64,000 bases of DNA from the human T2T-CHM13v2.0 reference genome, Homo sapiens. A program made the translations under genes and the position numbers. The DNA lies in assembly GCF_009914755.1 (NCBI RefSeq), contig NC_060925.1; one strand, given 5' to 3'. Below are positions 1 to 26,331 of the stretch, one piece after another. Numbering within the stretch: the stretch's first letter is position 1; every line of letters begins with the position of its first letter. The notes under the pieces were generated by a model, which did not search any database, had not been told where the DNA came from, and saw only the letters and a list, made by a program, of their open reading frames with translations.

Positions 1-222
<222 letters not shown>

Positions 223-332
223 TCACGAGGTCAGGAGTTCAAGACCACCTTGGCCAACATAGTGAAACCACGTCTCTATAAAAAATACAAAAATTAGCCG
301 GGTGTGGTGGCGGGCACCTGTAATCCCAGCTA

Positions 333-440
<108 letters not shown>

Positions 441-442
441 TC

Positions 443-562
443 AAAAAAGAAAGAGAGAGAGAGAAAAAAAAAGAGAAAGAGAGAGAGGGAGGGAGGGAGA
501 GAGGGAGGAAGAAAGGAAGGAAGGAAGGAAAGAAGGAGGGAAGGAAGGAAGGAAGAAAAAGA
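443..562 (+). repeat. 120-nt pure purine (GA/GGGA/GGAA) tract derived from an Alu tail
   Basis: No pyrimidines; bounded by Alu TSD aaaagataaacgata (147-161, 557-571). Confidence 0.9.
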
Positions 563-669
563 TAAACGATATGAATGTTAGGGTAGGCGGATAGCTAGAC
601 ATAATCAAAAGGGAAAGCCCCTGAGAAAAGGGGCAAAACAAAAGAATAAAAGGAAGAGACAGCAGGTGT

Positions 670-861
670 GCTCCTGTACAGAGAAATAGCATGGGAGAAC
701 ACAGCAAGAAGGCAGCTGTTTGCAAGCCAAGAAGAGAGGCCTCACCAGAAACCAACACTGCTGGCACACTTCCAGCCTCCAGAATTGTGCAAAATAAATT
801 TCTGTTGTTGAAGGCCCCCAGCTGCGGTACTTTGTTATGCCAGCCCAAGCAAACTAATACA
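670..861 (+). mobile_element. MaLR LTR (MLT1A-like) 3' part
   Basis: gcaagccaagaagagaggcctcaccagaaaccaac...aataaatttctgttg...actaataca terminus. Confidence 0.8.
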
Positions 862-1054
862 TTGGTTGACCTGACATTTGTAGCTCTGAGAACAAGGAGT
901 GACATTTACACCTGAGACAGGTGTGTTCCTCAGCTGAGCTAACTCCGTGGCTATTCAAGGGTCACACTGCAGTGACACAACTGCCCCAGAAGTGCGTGAC
1001 TTTACAGGGGGCTGTGACCACCACATCTCCTTTCAGGCCTAGGCATCGGTGTAG

Positions 1055-1415
<361 letters not shown>

Positions 1416-1559
1416 CTAAGTGACCTTTTTTGTTGGTTCATTATTCCTTCATTCATTCATCAGGCACATATGTATTGAACATTCAGTGCTGCCCAGCACC
1501 ATGCTGGGTGCTACAGATAAGCAGCATCATTAACTCCTTTATTGCCAATATTCTAACCC

Positions 1560-2160
<601 letters not shown>

Positions 2161-3273
2161 TGCTAATTTAAAAATCCAGATGTATAATAAATGCATGTCC
2201 TGACATATGACCCTGAGACAGATTACTCGGTTTTTCTTTGTTTCAATCCCTGTGGACGGATCTGATTCCTGATGTCAAATCTGAGCTATAAAATATATAA
2301 AAGTTGGCCAGGTGTGGTGGCTCATGGCTGTAATCCCAACACTTTGGGAAGTGGGTAAATTGCCTGAGCTTAGGAGTCTGAGACCAGCCTGGGCAACATA
2401 GGGAGACCCAGTCTCTATTAAAAAAATAAAACTTACTCGGGCATGGTGCCATGCACCTGTAGGCCCAGCTACTTGGGAGGCCAAGGTAGGAGGATCACTT
2501 GAGCATGAGTGAGCCGTGATTGCACCACTGCACTCCAGCCTGGGCGACAGAGCAAGACCCTGTCTCAAAAAAAAAAAAAAAAAATCTGTATATAGTTAAG
2601 TTAGGGCTATTCCCACAAATAGATGCCCCTACATCCACCCCCTCCTGGGGTCTTGATATTTGAGTGAAAACACGTGCTCATGGTCACCTTCCCAGCTGCT
2701 CCTCATTCAGGACTTGTGACTTAATCTGCCATCCAGGAACAAAATGCTTCTAATGTTCTGGGGCTGGAAATGCGATCCATGATCATCAGGGGTGCCTGCG
2801 AAGGTGCAGAGGAGGGGGCCAAGTCCCCACCATGTCCTCATTGTACAACCAGGATGGAAGAGCCAGCCCAGCTTCTGGGCCAGAAGATTGGCTTGTCTCT
2901 GTGCTTGCCTAAGAAGTGCTGGCAACTCCAGGCTTCTCCTGGAGGATTAGATGACCCCCCCGCCCCCACCACACCCTGCCTCCCTCAGAGGGAAAGCCCT
3001 TGGAGTGAGAGGGAACAGGTGTAGGAAGAAAACATCACCAGCCCTCTCCTAGGACACCAAGTTCCCAGGGACCGCGAGCATCCTGCCAGGACAGGCCAGT
3101 CTCTCACGGACTCGCAAATAGGGGAGGGAAGGCAGCCCCAAGTCAGCCCTACATGCCTCAAACTAGGAGGTGCGTTCAAAACCCCACTGAATATGCAATG
3201 ACTTGAAGTTCGATTTTTAAAAAACTAAAACAAAATACACTGATGCCCACACCTTGAAGGGAGACTCCGTCTA

Positions 3274-4055
<782 letters not shown>

Positions 4056-4311
4056 TTACACAGGCGGTGCAATAAAAACCAGAGCAGGAGAGACACAGAA
4101 ACAAATGCGTCTCCACTGGGACATCGCTGGGGCATTGAGGGCCCAGGCAGAGGAGTGGTTAGCGAGGGCTGGGGAAGGAGAGCGGCCGGAGCTCCACAGG
4201 GAGGTGGCATTGGAGGTGACTCTACCAGCAGGAAAGGGCAGGCAGGGAGCACAGCATGTGCAAAGGCTCAGAGGCATGGCAGATATCACATGGTGAAAGG
4301 ATCTACAATGA

Positions 4312-4887
<576 letters not shown>

Positions 4888-5232
4888 TGAGGAGTCAGGA
4901 GCAACCCTGAGCTAATGAGGATTGAGACTCAGTGTGAAACGTCCTGCCTCCTCGCCTCCCAGAGGGACCTTCTGGGCTGCGTCTGCACAGTCTCCCTGGG
5001 GCCCTGTGGGATTGAGCACCAGATCCCAACAGCAATGACAGCGGTCCCTTTGCTCACCCTCACCTCCTTGCTCTCTCCCCTCCTTCCCCTCCCTGTGCTT
5101 CCTGGAACCACATCCCAGACATGCACTAACTCCCAGATCCCTGTGCACCACCCAAAAGGTGGTGCTTTTGGGAAACCAAAGGCAAATGTAACTTTCCAAT
5201 GTGGTGCTCTCTGCATCACAAAAGCAGTATAA

Positions 5233-5382
<150 letters not shown>

Positions 5383-5503
5383 TAATTTTTGTATTTTTAG
5401 TAGAGATGGGGTTTTGCCATGTTGGCCAGGCTGGTCTTGAACTCCTGACCTTGTGATCCAAGGGCACACATTTTCTTTTTTTGTTTTTTTGTTTTGTTTT
5501 TGA

Positions 5504-5662
<159 letters not shown>

Positions 5663-6029
5663 TAGTAGAGACAGAGTTTCTCCATGTTGGCCAGGCTGGT
5701 CTCGAACTCCTAGCCTCAGGTGATCGATCCACCCACCTCAGCCTCCCAAAGTGCTGGGATTACAGGCATGAGCCACCGCACCCAGCCTAGGTACACATTT
5801 TCAAAGGAGCTTTTTACCCTTCCTTCTTGAGTCCAGATGGACAGACCGACTTCCTCATCTACCTTTGCTGGCAGGTGTGGGAAAGTTCATGCCTCATAGA
5901 GGCTGCAGCCCCTGGAGGGCCCCTTACCTGCACCAGTCCTTCCTCAGCCACCTGAACCTGCACAGCGGGGCTACAAAGTTCAGCAAACAACTCAAGGGAG
6001 GGAGTTCTGACCCCTGGAGATTTCTCATG

Positions 6030-7218
<1,189 letters not shown>

Positions 7219-7281
7219 GGCCGGGCACAGTGGCTCACGCCTGTAATCCCAGCACTTTGGGAAGCCAAGGCGGGCAGATCA

Positions 7282-7566
<285 letters not shown>

Positions 7567-7852
7567 TCAGGAGATCGAGACCATCCTGGCTAACATGGTG
7601 AAACCCCGTATCTAATAGAAATACAAAAATATTAGCCGGGCGTGGTGGCAGGTACCTGTGGTCCCAGCTACTCAGGTGGCTGAGGCAGGAGAATGGCGTG
7701 AACCCAGGAGGCAGAGCTTGTAGTGAGCCGAGATCACGCCACTGCACTCCAGCCCGGGCGACAGAGCGAGACTCTATCTCAAAAAAAAAAAAAAAAAAAA
7801 GAATCCCTCTGAAGAAAAAAAAATAAAATAAAAAGGTTAATATGGTAAATTT

Positions 7853-7858
<6 letters not shown>

Positions 7859-7929
<71 letters not shown>
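7859..7929. repeat. (TA)20 followed by T31
   Basis: Direct reading; abuts a minus-strand Alu tail. Confidence 0.95.
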
Positions 7930-7930
<1 letters not shown>

Positions 7931-8377
7931 AGATGGAGTCTCGCTCTGTTGCCCAGGCTGGAGTGCAGTGCTGCTGTCTCGGCTCACTGCAAGCTCTGCC
8001 TCCCGGGTTGATGCCATGCTCCTGCCTTAGCCTCTCAAGTAGCTGGGACTACAGGTGCCCGCCACCACGCCAGGCTAGTTTTTTTGTATTTTTAGTAGAG
8101 ACAGGGTTTCACCGTGTTAGCCAGGATGGTCTTGATCTCCTGACTTCATGAGGTGCCTGCCTCGGCCTCCCAAAGTGCTGGGGTTACAGGCGTGAGCCAC
8201 CGCGCCCGGCCTTGTTGTATATATTTTATTACAATTATAAATAAATAAGAAAACTGCTTTGTATTTTAAAGGAATTTATTGTCTGTAATCCAGCACTTTG
8301 GGAGGCTGAGGCGGGAGGATCATTTGAAGCCAAGAGTTTGAGACCAGCCTGGGCAGCAAAGCAAGATCCCGTCTCTA

Positions 8378-8698
<321 letters not shown>

Positions 8699-9251
8699 TC
8701 AAGGCTGCAGGAAACCATGATTGCACCACCGCACTCCAACCTAGGTGACAGAGGGAGACTCTTATTTATTATTTATTTTTTTATGGAGTCTCGCTCTGTC
8801 ATCCAGGCTGGCGTGCAGTGGCATGATCTCGGCTCACTATAACCTCGGCCTCCCGGGTTCAAGTGATTCTACCTTAGCCTTCCAAGTAGCTGGGACTACA
8901 GGCACATGCCACCATGCCGGGCTAATTTTTGTATTTTTTGTAGAGACGTGGTTTCACCATGTTGGCCAGGATGATCTTGATGATCCGCCCGCCTCAGCCT
9001 CCCAAAGTGCCGGGATTACAGGCGTAAGCCACCGTGCTGGCCTAATTTTGTATTTTTTTAGTAGAGACGGGGTTTCACTATATTGGTCAGGCTGGTCTCG
9101 AACTCCTGACCTCAAGTAATCCACTCACCTCGGCCTCCCAAAGTGCTGGGATTACAGGTGTGAGCCACTGCACCTGGCCTATTTATTGTTTCATCTTGGA
9201 TCTGTAGGAGTTTTGTAGTAAGGGGGGTTTTTTAGGATCTCAAGTCTGTCA

Positions 9252-9996
<745 letters not shown>

Positions 9997-10052
9997 TGGG
10001 GGCTGAGCATGGTGGCTCACGCTTGTAATCCCAGCACTTTGGGAGGCTGAGG

Positions 10053-10772
<720 letters not shown>

Positions 10773-10845
10773 GAGGCAGGCAGATCACTTGAGGTCAGGA
10801 GTTCACGACCAGCCTGGCCAACATGGTGAAACCCCATCTCTACTA

Positions 10846-10965
<120 letters not shown>

Positions 10966-11420
10966 CTATAGAGCGAGACTCTGACTCAAAAAAAAGAAAG
11001 AAAGGAAGAAAGAAATTAACCACACAGGGACCAAAGGATGAATCAGGGCCTTGTCGGTCACTCAGAATTCCCACCAGCTCCAGAATGCAGACTCTGGAAC
11101 TGAATCTCTTCTGCAATCCTGTCCACACGGTTGGCTTTGTAAGCCGGATTGTTCTCCCCAAATGTGTGGCTCAGCCACGTCTCAAAGTCATGAGGCTTGA
11201 ATGAAGATTCAGCATATGAAGGAGGATGTATGGAGACAGTCCCTGGACAGAAGGGTAAAACCAGCTTGTCCAGGTAAAAGTCTGTGTCTACATCACACAA
11301 CCTGCCTGGCCTGGCACCAACCCTGCCTGCTTCTCCATCCCCCACATCTCTCACCCCTGGCTCCCCAGGCTTCAGCCACACGGGCCTCCTTTCAGTTCCT
11401 CACACAATCCAAGCTTGTTC

Positions 11421-11606
<186 letters not shown>

Positions 11607-11680
11607 TGAGACCATCCTGGCTAACATAGTGAAACCCTGTCTCTACTAAAAATACAAAAAATTAGCCGGGCGTGGTGGCC

Positions 11681-12452
<772 letters not shown>

Positions 12453-12797
12453 AGTGGGTTGGGTGTGGTGGCTCATGCCTGTAATCCCAGCACTTTGGGA
12501 GGCCGAGGCAGGCGGATCAAGAGGTCAGGAGTTCGAGACCAGCCTGGCCAATATGGTGAAACCCTGTCTGTACTAAAAATATAAAAATTAGCCAGGTGTG
12601 GTCGCGTGCACCTGTAGTCCCAGTCACACTCCTGAAAGTGGCAGAGCATGCCTTGAAGTGCTCAGTGTTCATGAGCTCTGATGGTGAGCATCTCACAGGC
12701 CCTCATGAAACCATGCCTGGTAATGAGAACCCAGTGCATCTCCTTCCACATCTGGCTTTCCTTCCTTTCCCCTCACTGGCAACAGATTCACAAATCA

Positions 12798-13055
<258 letters not shown>

Positions 13056-14933
13056 CTAAAAACTAAAAATTAAAAAAAAAAAAATCAGCACAAAGAGGTT
13101 GGTCAAGGGGAAAGATGGCTTACAGGTCGGCTTAACTGATGTCAGAGGAAGAAAGGCTGGGAATGCTCCCTGCCTGGAGTCTCTAATCCATCCTGGCAGT
13201 GGGTGGAGCACAGACTCTGGAGCTGAAATGCACTGGTTCAAATCCTCTGTGCCTCAGTCATCTTATTTGTAAAATGGGGACAGTAATAAAATAGTCCCCA
13301 CTTGACAATGTTGAGGAACAATTGAGTCAATATGACTAAAGCGCAGAGCCGGCACTCTCTGGATGTTCGCTAGGGTCTGGGTCCCTTCTGCAGGCCTGCC
13401 CCTCTGTTTTGCTGGGCCTAGAGCGGCAGCACCCCAGCTCTGCCCTACTTAGACTGTGGTGATGCCAGGTCTGCCACCGGAGCCAGCTCCCCTGGGAGGG
13501 CAGTGAACAAAGAATAATTTCTAGGCAGTAATGAAATCTTCAAAGCCCCGAGGCTTGCTGGCCCTCTAGAGAGTGTCCTGATTCTGCCTCCTGGGCAATT
13601 GGTCTCAGGAAAAAAAAAAAAAAGCCCATTGAAAAATGAAAGTGACTTCTCAGAGCCTGAAGCTGCTCTGTCTCTCAGCAGTTCCCTGACGCATGCAGAA
13701 GTCACTGCTGGTGACATCAGCTGGAGCCTACGCCTACCTGCATTATCTGCACTGAGCCTCTGGGACTCCCAGCTTTGTTCTTATGTCTTATGTGTTTTGT
13801 CTACCAATTACCCTGTTGGCCAGGCATGGTGGCTCACGTCTGTAATCCCAACACTTTGGGGGCCGAGGTGGGAGGATTGCTTGAGCCCAGGAGTTCGAGA
13901 CCAGCCTGGGCAATAGGTCGGCCGTGTGCTTTCTCTTGCTCCGCCCCCACTCATTCATTGCTTGGAAGCTGCTGTGGGTCCAGATGCTGTGGTTTCTCCC
14001 TAGGGGATGGCCACATCCATGGTGATGCCCCTGGCGCAGCACCCCTTGGTATTCAGAGCAGCTGGCGCTGGGTATCAGGCTGAGGAGAGCAACACTCTGG
14101 AGACAAGAACATAGAACCCACTTTGTATGCTGAGGATCCTCCAAGTCTCTCACCCAGCAGCTTTTCCAACTGGTAGCTGCCCGCCCACAATCAATGTGGC
14201 TTAAACTCACATATATATATATAATTGAGATGGCATCTCACTGCGTTGCCCAGGGTGCAGTGCAATGGTGCGATCTCAGCTCAATGCAACCTCTGCCTCC
14301 TGGGTTCAAGCGATTCTCTCCTGCCTCAGCCTCCCAAGTAGCTGGGATTACAGGCATCTGCTTCCATGCCCGGCTAATTTTTGTAATTTTAGTAGAGACG
14401 GGGTTTCGCAATGTTGGCCAGACAGGTCTTGAACCCCTGACCTCAAATGATCCACACGCCTCGGCCTCCCAAAGTGCTGGGATTGCAGGGATGATCCACG
14501 GCGCTTAGCTGGCTGAAACTCATATTGAGGGCTGGGGACCGAAAACATGACAATGATGGGGCTTCTCCTTACTGGGCACTTTCTCTGGCTGAGGCACAGT
14601 TAACGTCTGTAATCCTACCACAGCCCTGTGAGCCAGGTCCTGTTGAGGCAGTTCCATCTGCCCTCAACAGTTTGGGAAACAGATTCTCAGAGAGGCTATG
14701 TGAGGTGCCCAGGGTGCTGGGATTTGAACCCACTTGGCCTGACCTAAGGGAGAGTGTGCTGACCTCTGCCCCAGCTCTGAGTTAGGCACTCCCATTCTGC
14801 AGGCAGGGGTAGCTGGGTTCACATCATAACTCCACACAAGTTATTAACCTCTCCCAAGCTCAGTTTGCTCATCTGTAAAATGGGAGTAAGAGGACATGGC
14901 GGCTGGGCGCCATGGCTCACGCCATTAATCCTA

Positions 14934-15524
<591 letters not shown>

Positions 15525-15742
15525 TTAGGGGCCTAAATGAGTTTAGGTGCATGAAGTGCTGGCAGGTGGCCAGTGCTCAAGGAACGTGCTCCTGCAAGTG
15601 TGGCCAGCACGGGCTCTGTGACCTCGGGCAAAGCACTCAGCCTGGCCAGCCTTGAGAATACTCACTCGCAGGGTTGTCAGGTGGATGAAGTGAAACAGAT
15701 CCACAGTCCTTCACCCACAATTCTGAAATCCAAAAGCCCTGA

Positions 15743-16442
<700 letters not shown>

Positions 16443-16546
16443 TGATCCACCCTCCTCCGCCTCTGAAAGTGCTGGGATTACAGGCATGAACCACTGCGCC
16501 CCACCCCTTTTTTAAGGATTATATATGTTATTTTATTTTATTTTAA

Positions 16547-16660
<114 letters not shown>

Positions 16661-16781
16661 TGAGTAGCTGGGATTACAGGCATGCACCACCATACCTGGC
16701 TAATTTTTAATAGAGATGGGGTTTGTCCATGTTGGTCAGGCTGGTCTCAAACTCACGACCTCAGGTGATTTGCCTGCCTCA

Positions 16782-17060
<279 letters not shown>

Positions 17061-17892
17061 TCAAAAAAATAAAAATTAAAAATACACACACATTAGAAAC
17101 GTAAGTCTGGGCCTCTTAGACTTGAGATAGTGCACCAAAGTTGCCTCCTTATAAGAAATGATCATGAACATTTGTGGGCAGGGACAAAGAGCTCACACAA
17201 AGTTGGAAAAACACATTCCAGCCTTGTAGGCACAGAGCGGGACTCGCAACAGGCAGCGGCTTTTCCTTGTCAGAGCTGGAACAACACAGGCCTTTCATTA
17301 ACGAGGCTTGACTTGCGGTCTCATTAGGCCCATAGCTGGAAACCTGGCTCAGGCTGGATCGGTTGAGGAGAAATGAGAAGAGGACCAGTGACCTGCTGGG
17401 TATTTGTCCTTTGCCCCCAAATCGCACTACCTGCTCCTGCTGCCCCTGGGCAGAAACAGGCCTCACAGCTTCCTCTCCCCCTAAGTGAGGCCTCCTGGGA
17501 GGTCCAGCCCCAGCCTTTGGCTCTCTGCTAAATTGAAATGCTCCTTACAATCCCCTGCAAAGAAATGAAACCCCAAACTTTTGGGAGAGGATGGAGGTTT
17601 TTCCAATAGCCAGCAGTTTTTGCAGAAAAACAAGGATTAAAGAAGCAATTAGTGGTTTGCCAACAAGCAGTCAGAGGAGAAAGCGAAATAAATCCACAAC
17701 AGGTCAGCAGGAAGCCTCAGGCCCTTCAAATTTGGAATGGTTACAAAAAGCCCAAACAAGCTTCTCCTCTCCCACCGCACCAAGTCAGAGACCCAGGAAC
17801 ACCTAAATGAATCTCTGAGTATAACTGTCTGTGAACTTCTTCCTCTCTACACCTGGCATGTCATACATATATACATATATTTATGTCTGTAA

Positions 17893-18449
<557 letters not shown>

Positions 18450-18589
18450 TTAGTAGAGACGGGGTTTTGCCATGTTGGCCACGCTGGTCTCAAACTCCTG
18501 GCCTCAAGTGATCAGCCCACCTCGGCCACCCAAAGTGCTGGGATTACAGGCTGAGCCAACTCGCCTGGCCTACTTTATGGTCAACGTTT

Positions 18590-21120
<2,531 letters not shown>

Positions 21121-21212
21121 GGAATCTCTGTTGTATACCCAGTACATGGCCATGGCCAATGCCTGAGCTGGTGTCAGAGGAGCTCTAGAAGTCTAGGAAG
21201 GGGGCCATCCTA

Positions 21213-21549
<337 letters not shown>

Positions 21550-21592
21550 TTAGCCAAGCATGGTGGCATATGTCTGTAATCCCAGCTACTCA

Positions 21593-22106
<514 letters not shown>

Positions 22107-22959
22107 CTACTAGACTCAAGTCATCCACTCTTCTCAGCCTCCCAAAGTGCTGGGATGACAGGAGTGGGCCACTGTGCTGGGTTTTCTTTACTTCTTTTTC
22201 TCAGATATCTCATGCCCTAGTATGGCTTCCCCTTCTCCTAGGCCTGGGAGCAATGGCTTTAATAGTAACCACTGTATTTGCATTTTGGAGGACTGCTCCT
22301 AAGAGCTGTTTTTATTTAAAGAGTCCCAGCAATCAAATACAGATTGGCTGGCTAGCTCCCACGTTTCCACACAATTCCCTCCTACTTAAGCTCTCTATGT
22401 TTACACACAGGACATCTAACTGCTTGTTCTGGTCAAGGTACAGCTTTCCGGAGCTCTGAGAGACGGAAGAGAAAGGGTTGGTACGTTCTGCAGGTGAATG
22501 GTGGTCTGCTGAGAGAGAGACAGACAGAGAGACATAGTCCAAGGTAACAGGAAAGCTTCTGGCACTGGTGCCTGTGCAGTCAGTGGTGTCACTGCCAGGA
22601 CAGGAAATAGAGGTAGAGCAGGTTTGGGGGAGGGGAAGAATGATAAGTTCAATTTGGGACCTTTATTCATTAGCTCCTTGGGCATTACTAGGTGGCAGGT
22701 ACTGTGTCAGGAACAACTGTGAACAAAAGAAATAAGGTCCCTGCTCTCCTGAAGCTTACATTCCTGTATGGGAAGGACAACTTAAATAAATCAACAAACT
22801 AACTGCAGAAGCCCTGGTTCTATAGTCGTGTGACAGACTGCGCTGCAAAGGCGGCCAGGAAAGTCTCCATCTGGGGGAGACCTGGAGATTAGAAGATGTC
22901 AGGTTGAGTATGACAATGACCCAGTGACATAGGCTGAGAGAAGCAGTTTGGATATCTAG

Positions 22960-23345
<386 letters not shown>

Positions 23346-23640
23346 TGAGCCACCGTGAGGGCCTCACTGATTATCTAAGGCTGTTTAGATTATAGATTTT
23401 TAGATTATGTTTTTGTTTCCCTAAACGGGGTGGTGAGTACAGAGGTGTGAGATGTAACACGTAATTTGTACACCTTTTGCACACGTAAATATCACAAAGT
23501 AAACTTTTAAAATAAGGCAAGGCCTAGGGCCTCGCGAGGCTTCTCTGAGGAGCGAGGACCAGTCAGTCACAGCCAGTTTCCACTGCCTCCACGCTCCGGC
23601 CTAGGCCAGCCCCTCTCCCCAGTCATTCGCTCGGGGCTGG

Positions 23641-23782
23641 CTCCGCCCCAGAACTGCGCAACCTCCCCGCCCACATCCGCGTCCTAACCAATGAGCGCTC
23701 GAAATTTGGGTCCACACCCCCGTCACGCCCCGCCCCAGACTCGCGCGCCCGTGACGTCACGGTCCGGCCCCCGCCACGTGAC
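23641..23782 (+). promoter_or_regulatory. Proximal promoter motifs: GC boxes (23641, 23665, 23728), CCAAT box (23688-23692), full CRE TGACGTCA (23752-23759), E-box CACGTG (23775-23780)
   Basis: Exact consensus matches clustered within 140 bp upstream of exon 1; no TATA box seen. Confidence 0.75.
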
Positions 23783-23902
23783 GGCCGCGCGCCGGGCTCT
23801 AGCTCCCCGCCGGGCTCGCGCCGCAGAGGCCGGTGAGGCGCCGGCGGCCACGCCGCGGAAGGCGCGGGCCGAGCAGAGCCGGGCGTTGGAGCCCGCGCGC
23901 GC

Positions 23903-23929
23903 ATGGAGGCGTTGCCGGCAGCCCCCTGA
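23903..23929 (+). promoter_or_regulatory. Candidate upstream ORF (MEALPAAP*) in the SLC25A33 5' leader
   Basis: ATG GAG GCG TTG CCG GCA GCC CCC TGA; +4 G; ends 98 nt before the main ATG. Requires a TSS upstream of 23903. Confidence 0.6.
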
Positions 23930-24027
23930 GGGCAGCGGGGAGACAAGACCCGGCGACCTCGCGCATCCCTCGAGCCGCCACGCGCTCTCGCCACCGGGCG
24001 GCGACGGGCCGCGGAGCCGGCGCGGCC

Positions 24028-24083
24028 ATGGCGACGGGCGGCCAGCAGAAGGAGAACACGCTGCTTCACCTCTTCGCCGGCGG
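24028..24083 (+). CDS. SLC25A33: SLC25A33 coding exon 1 (56 nt, MATGGQQKENTLLHLFAG+GG)
   Basis: Strong Kozak gccATGg at 24028; donor GG|GTGAGT; lies in the CpG island. Confidence 0.96.
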
Positions 24084-25529
24084 GTGAGTTCCCGGGCCCA
24101 GCCGCGCGCGCCCCACCGCCTGCGGTCCCCTCGGCCTTCGCCCCGGGCGCGGCCCCAGCCTCCCGCGGCGGTTACCGGCCTTCCCCGGGCTACGGCGCCG
24201 GCGCTCGGGAGGAGGAAGTCCCGGCGTCGGGGACTGGTGGGCAGGGCCGAGGGAGGGGGTCGGGCCTTCCTCACCCCTACGTCCTGACCGCAGCCCCGAG
24301 GGCGGCTGTGCCCCGCCGCCCGTCCTCCCCGCGGCGTCCCCAGCTTTTCCCCATTCTGAAGAGTCAGTGGCCGGTGAGTGGTGCTCGGCGGCGGTCCAGC
24401 CTGGACGCTGTGGCGCGGCCCCCCCTCCCCCGCCCCCTTCTCCTGGGGCCTCTCCCGAAGCGCAGCGCCTCAGAGCCCGTGGTAGGATCGCTGATGCTCG
24501 GGTGTGCCCGAGGTTCCTCAGGGCAGCGCGGGAGGTCATCCGGACGGGCAAAAAGGTCTGCGGACGTTGGACGTCAGCAAGGCCTGGGTGGTGCTGGTGA
24601 ACGGTGATGCTTGCGGCCACACGCGGGGTGGCTAAGCCAGGGACCCGAACTCATATGAGGTCTGGAAGGTGTGTTGAGACACTTCTCGCCGGCTGGTAGA
24701 CGCTTCCAACGCCAGAGACCGCAGAATTGTAAGGTGTTCCTTGTTTTGAAAGCTGCATTAGGTCTATGGTCAGGCACCTTTTTTCCAGCGGAGACAATGC
24801 ATTTTTAGGAGGTTGAGTTCTGCGGTTAGGAAGGGAGATGGTACCCCTCGCCACCTCCCCTTGTCACCTCCCGCCGAGAATAGAAGGTAAAATATTTTTG
24901 AGTATTAGTAATTTTCTTTTTTCCTTTATCACAGCCGGTGGCTTGGGGTCCTTTCGGAGTCTTACAGATATTTGGAGTATTAATTTGAGGACCTCATCGG
25001 CCTGGCACAGGAATTTTTGAGTGTAGGATATTTTGCATAAAATAGTTTATTCTGGGATGATCATCTTGGCTTGAGTAGTTGCAGCCTGGATTCCTACCTG
25101 GATATGTTCCTTACAACAAACAATGGTTGAGAAACTTATCTTGGAAGATGACTGATGAAAGCGTCCCTGAGCTTTTTTTGTACTTGTATTGTGGGCAGTC
25201 ACCAGGTTACTTTAACCAAAAACTTCGGTGGGTCTTCATAGATTGGAAGAGTTTCTCATTCATCTCTTCCCTGTCATTCATTCCCTTGCAACCCTTCCCT
25301 CCATGTCTCCATTGAGACTTCCTTTTTTTTTTTGAGAGGGAGTCTTCCTCTGTCGCCCAGGCTGGAGTGCAGTGGTGCGATCTTTGGGCTCACTGCAACT
25401 TCCGCCTCCCGGATTCAGGCGATTCTCCTGCCTCAGCCTCCCGAGTAGCTGGGATTACAGGCCCCGCCACCAAGCCTGGCTAATTTTTTTTTTCTTTTTT
25501 TTTTTTTGAGACGGAGTTTCGCTCTGTAG

Positions 25530-25721
<192 letters not shown>

Positions 25722-26109
25722 TGATCCGCCCGCCTCGGCCTCCCAAAGTGCTGGGATTACAAGTGTGAGCCACTGCGCCCGGCCACGCCCAGCTAATTTT
25801 TTTGTGTTTTTGCTAAGAGGCGGAGTTTTGCCATGTTGGCCAGGCTGGCACTCCTGACCTCAAGTGATGGCCCACCTTGGCCTCCCAAATTGCTGGGATT
25901 ACAGGCGTGAGCCACCATGCCCGGCAGAGACTTCCTTTCAGAGTAACACAAGGGGGAAGCATTCTTAAATTAAGCCACTCTATATAAATTTGTCTTTCTT
26001 GGGAATTTTAAACAACTTGGCCATTTTTTTTTTTGTCTCACACGTTTTTTAAGCCAAGAAGGATCATTTAAAAAAAAAAAAAAAAGGAATTTCTGCTCAG
26101 TGATTTTGA

Positions 26110-26331
<222 letters not shown>

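Larger units (their letters stand above)
23590..24730. promoter_or_regulatory. CpG island / SLC25A33 promoter and first exon
   Basis: Very high GC with dense CpG, in contrast to CpG-depleted flanks; spans the start codon. Confidence 0.93.

Noticed and set aside
23623-24777. Long overlapping Arg/Gly/Pro-rich ORFs on both strands
   Set aside because: Expected from stop-codon scarcity in a CpG island; no recognisable domain.
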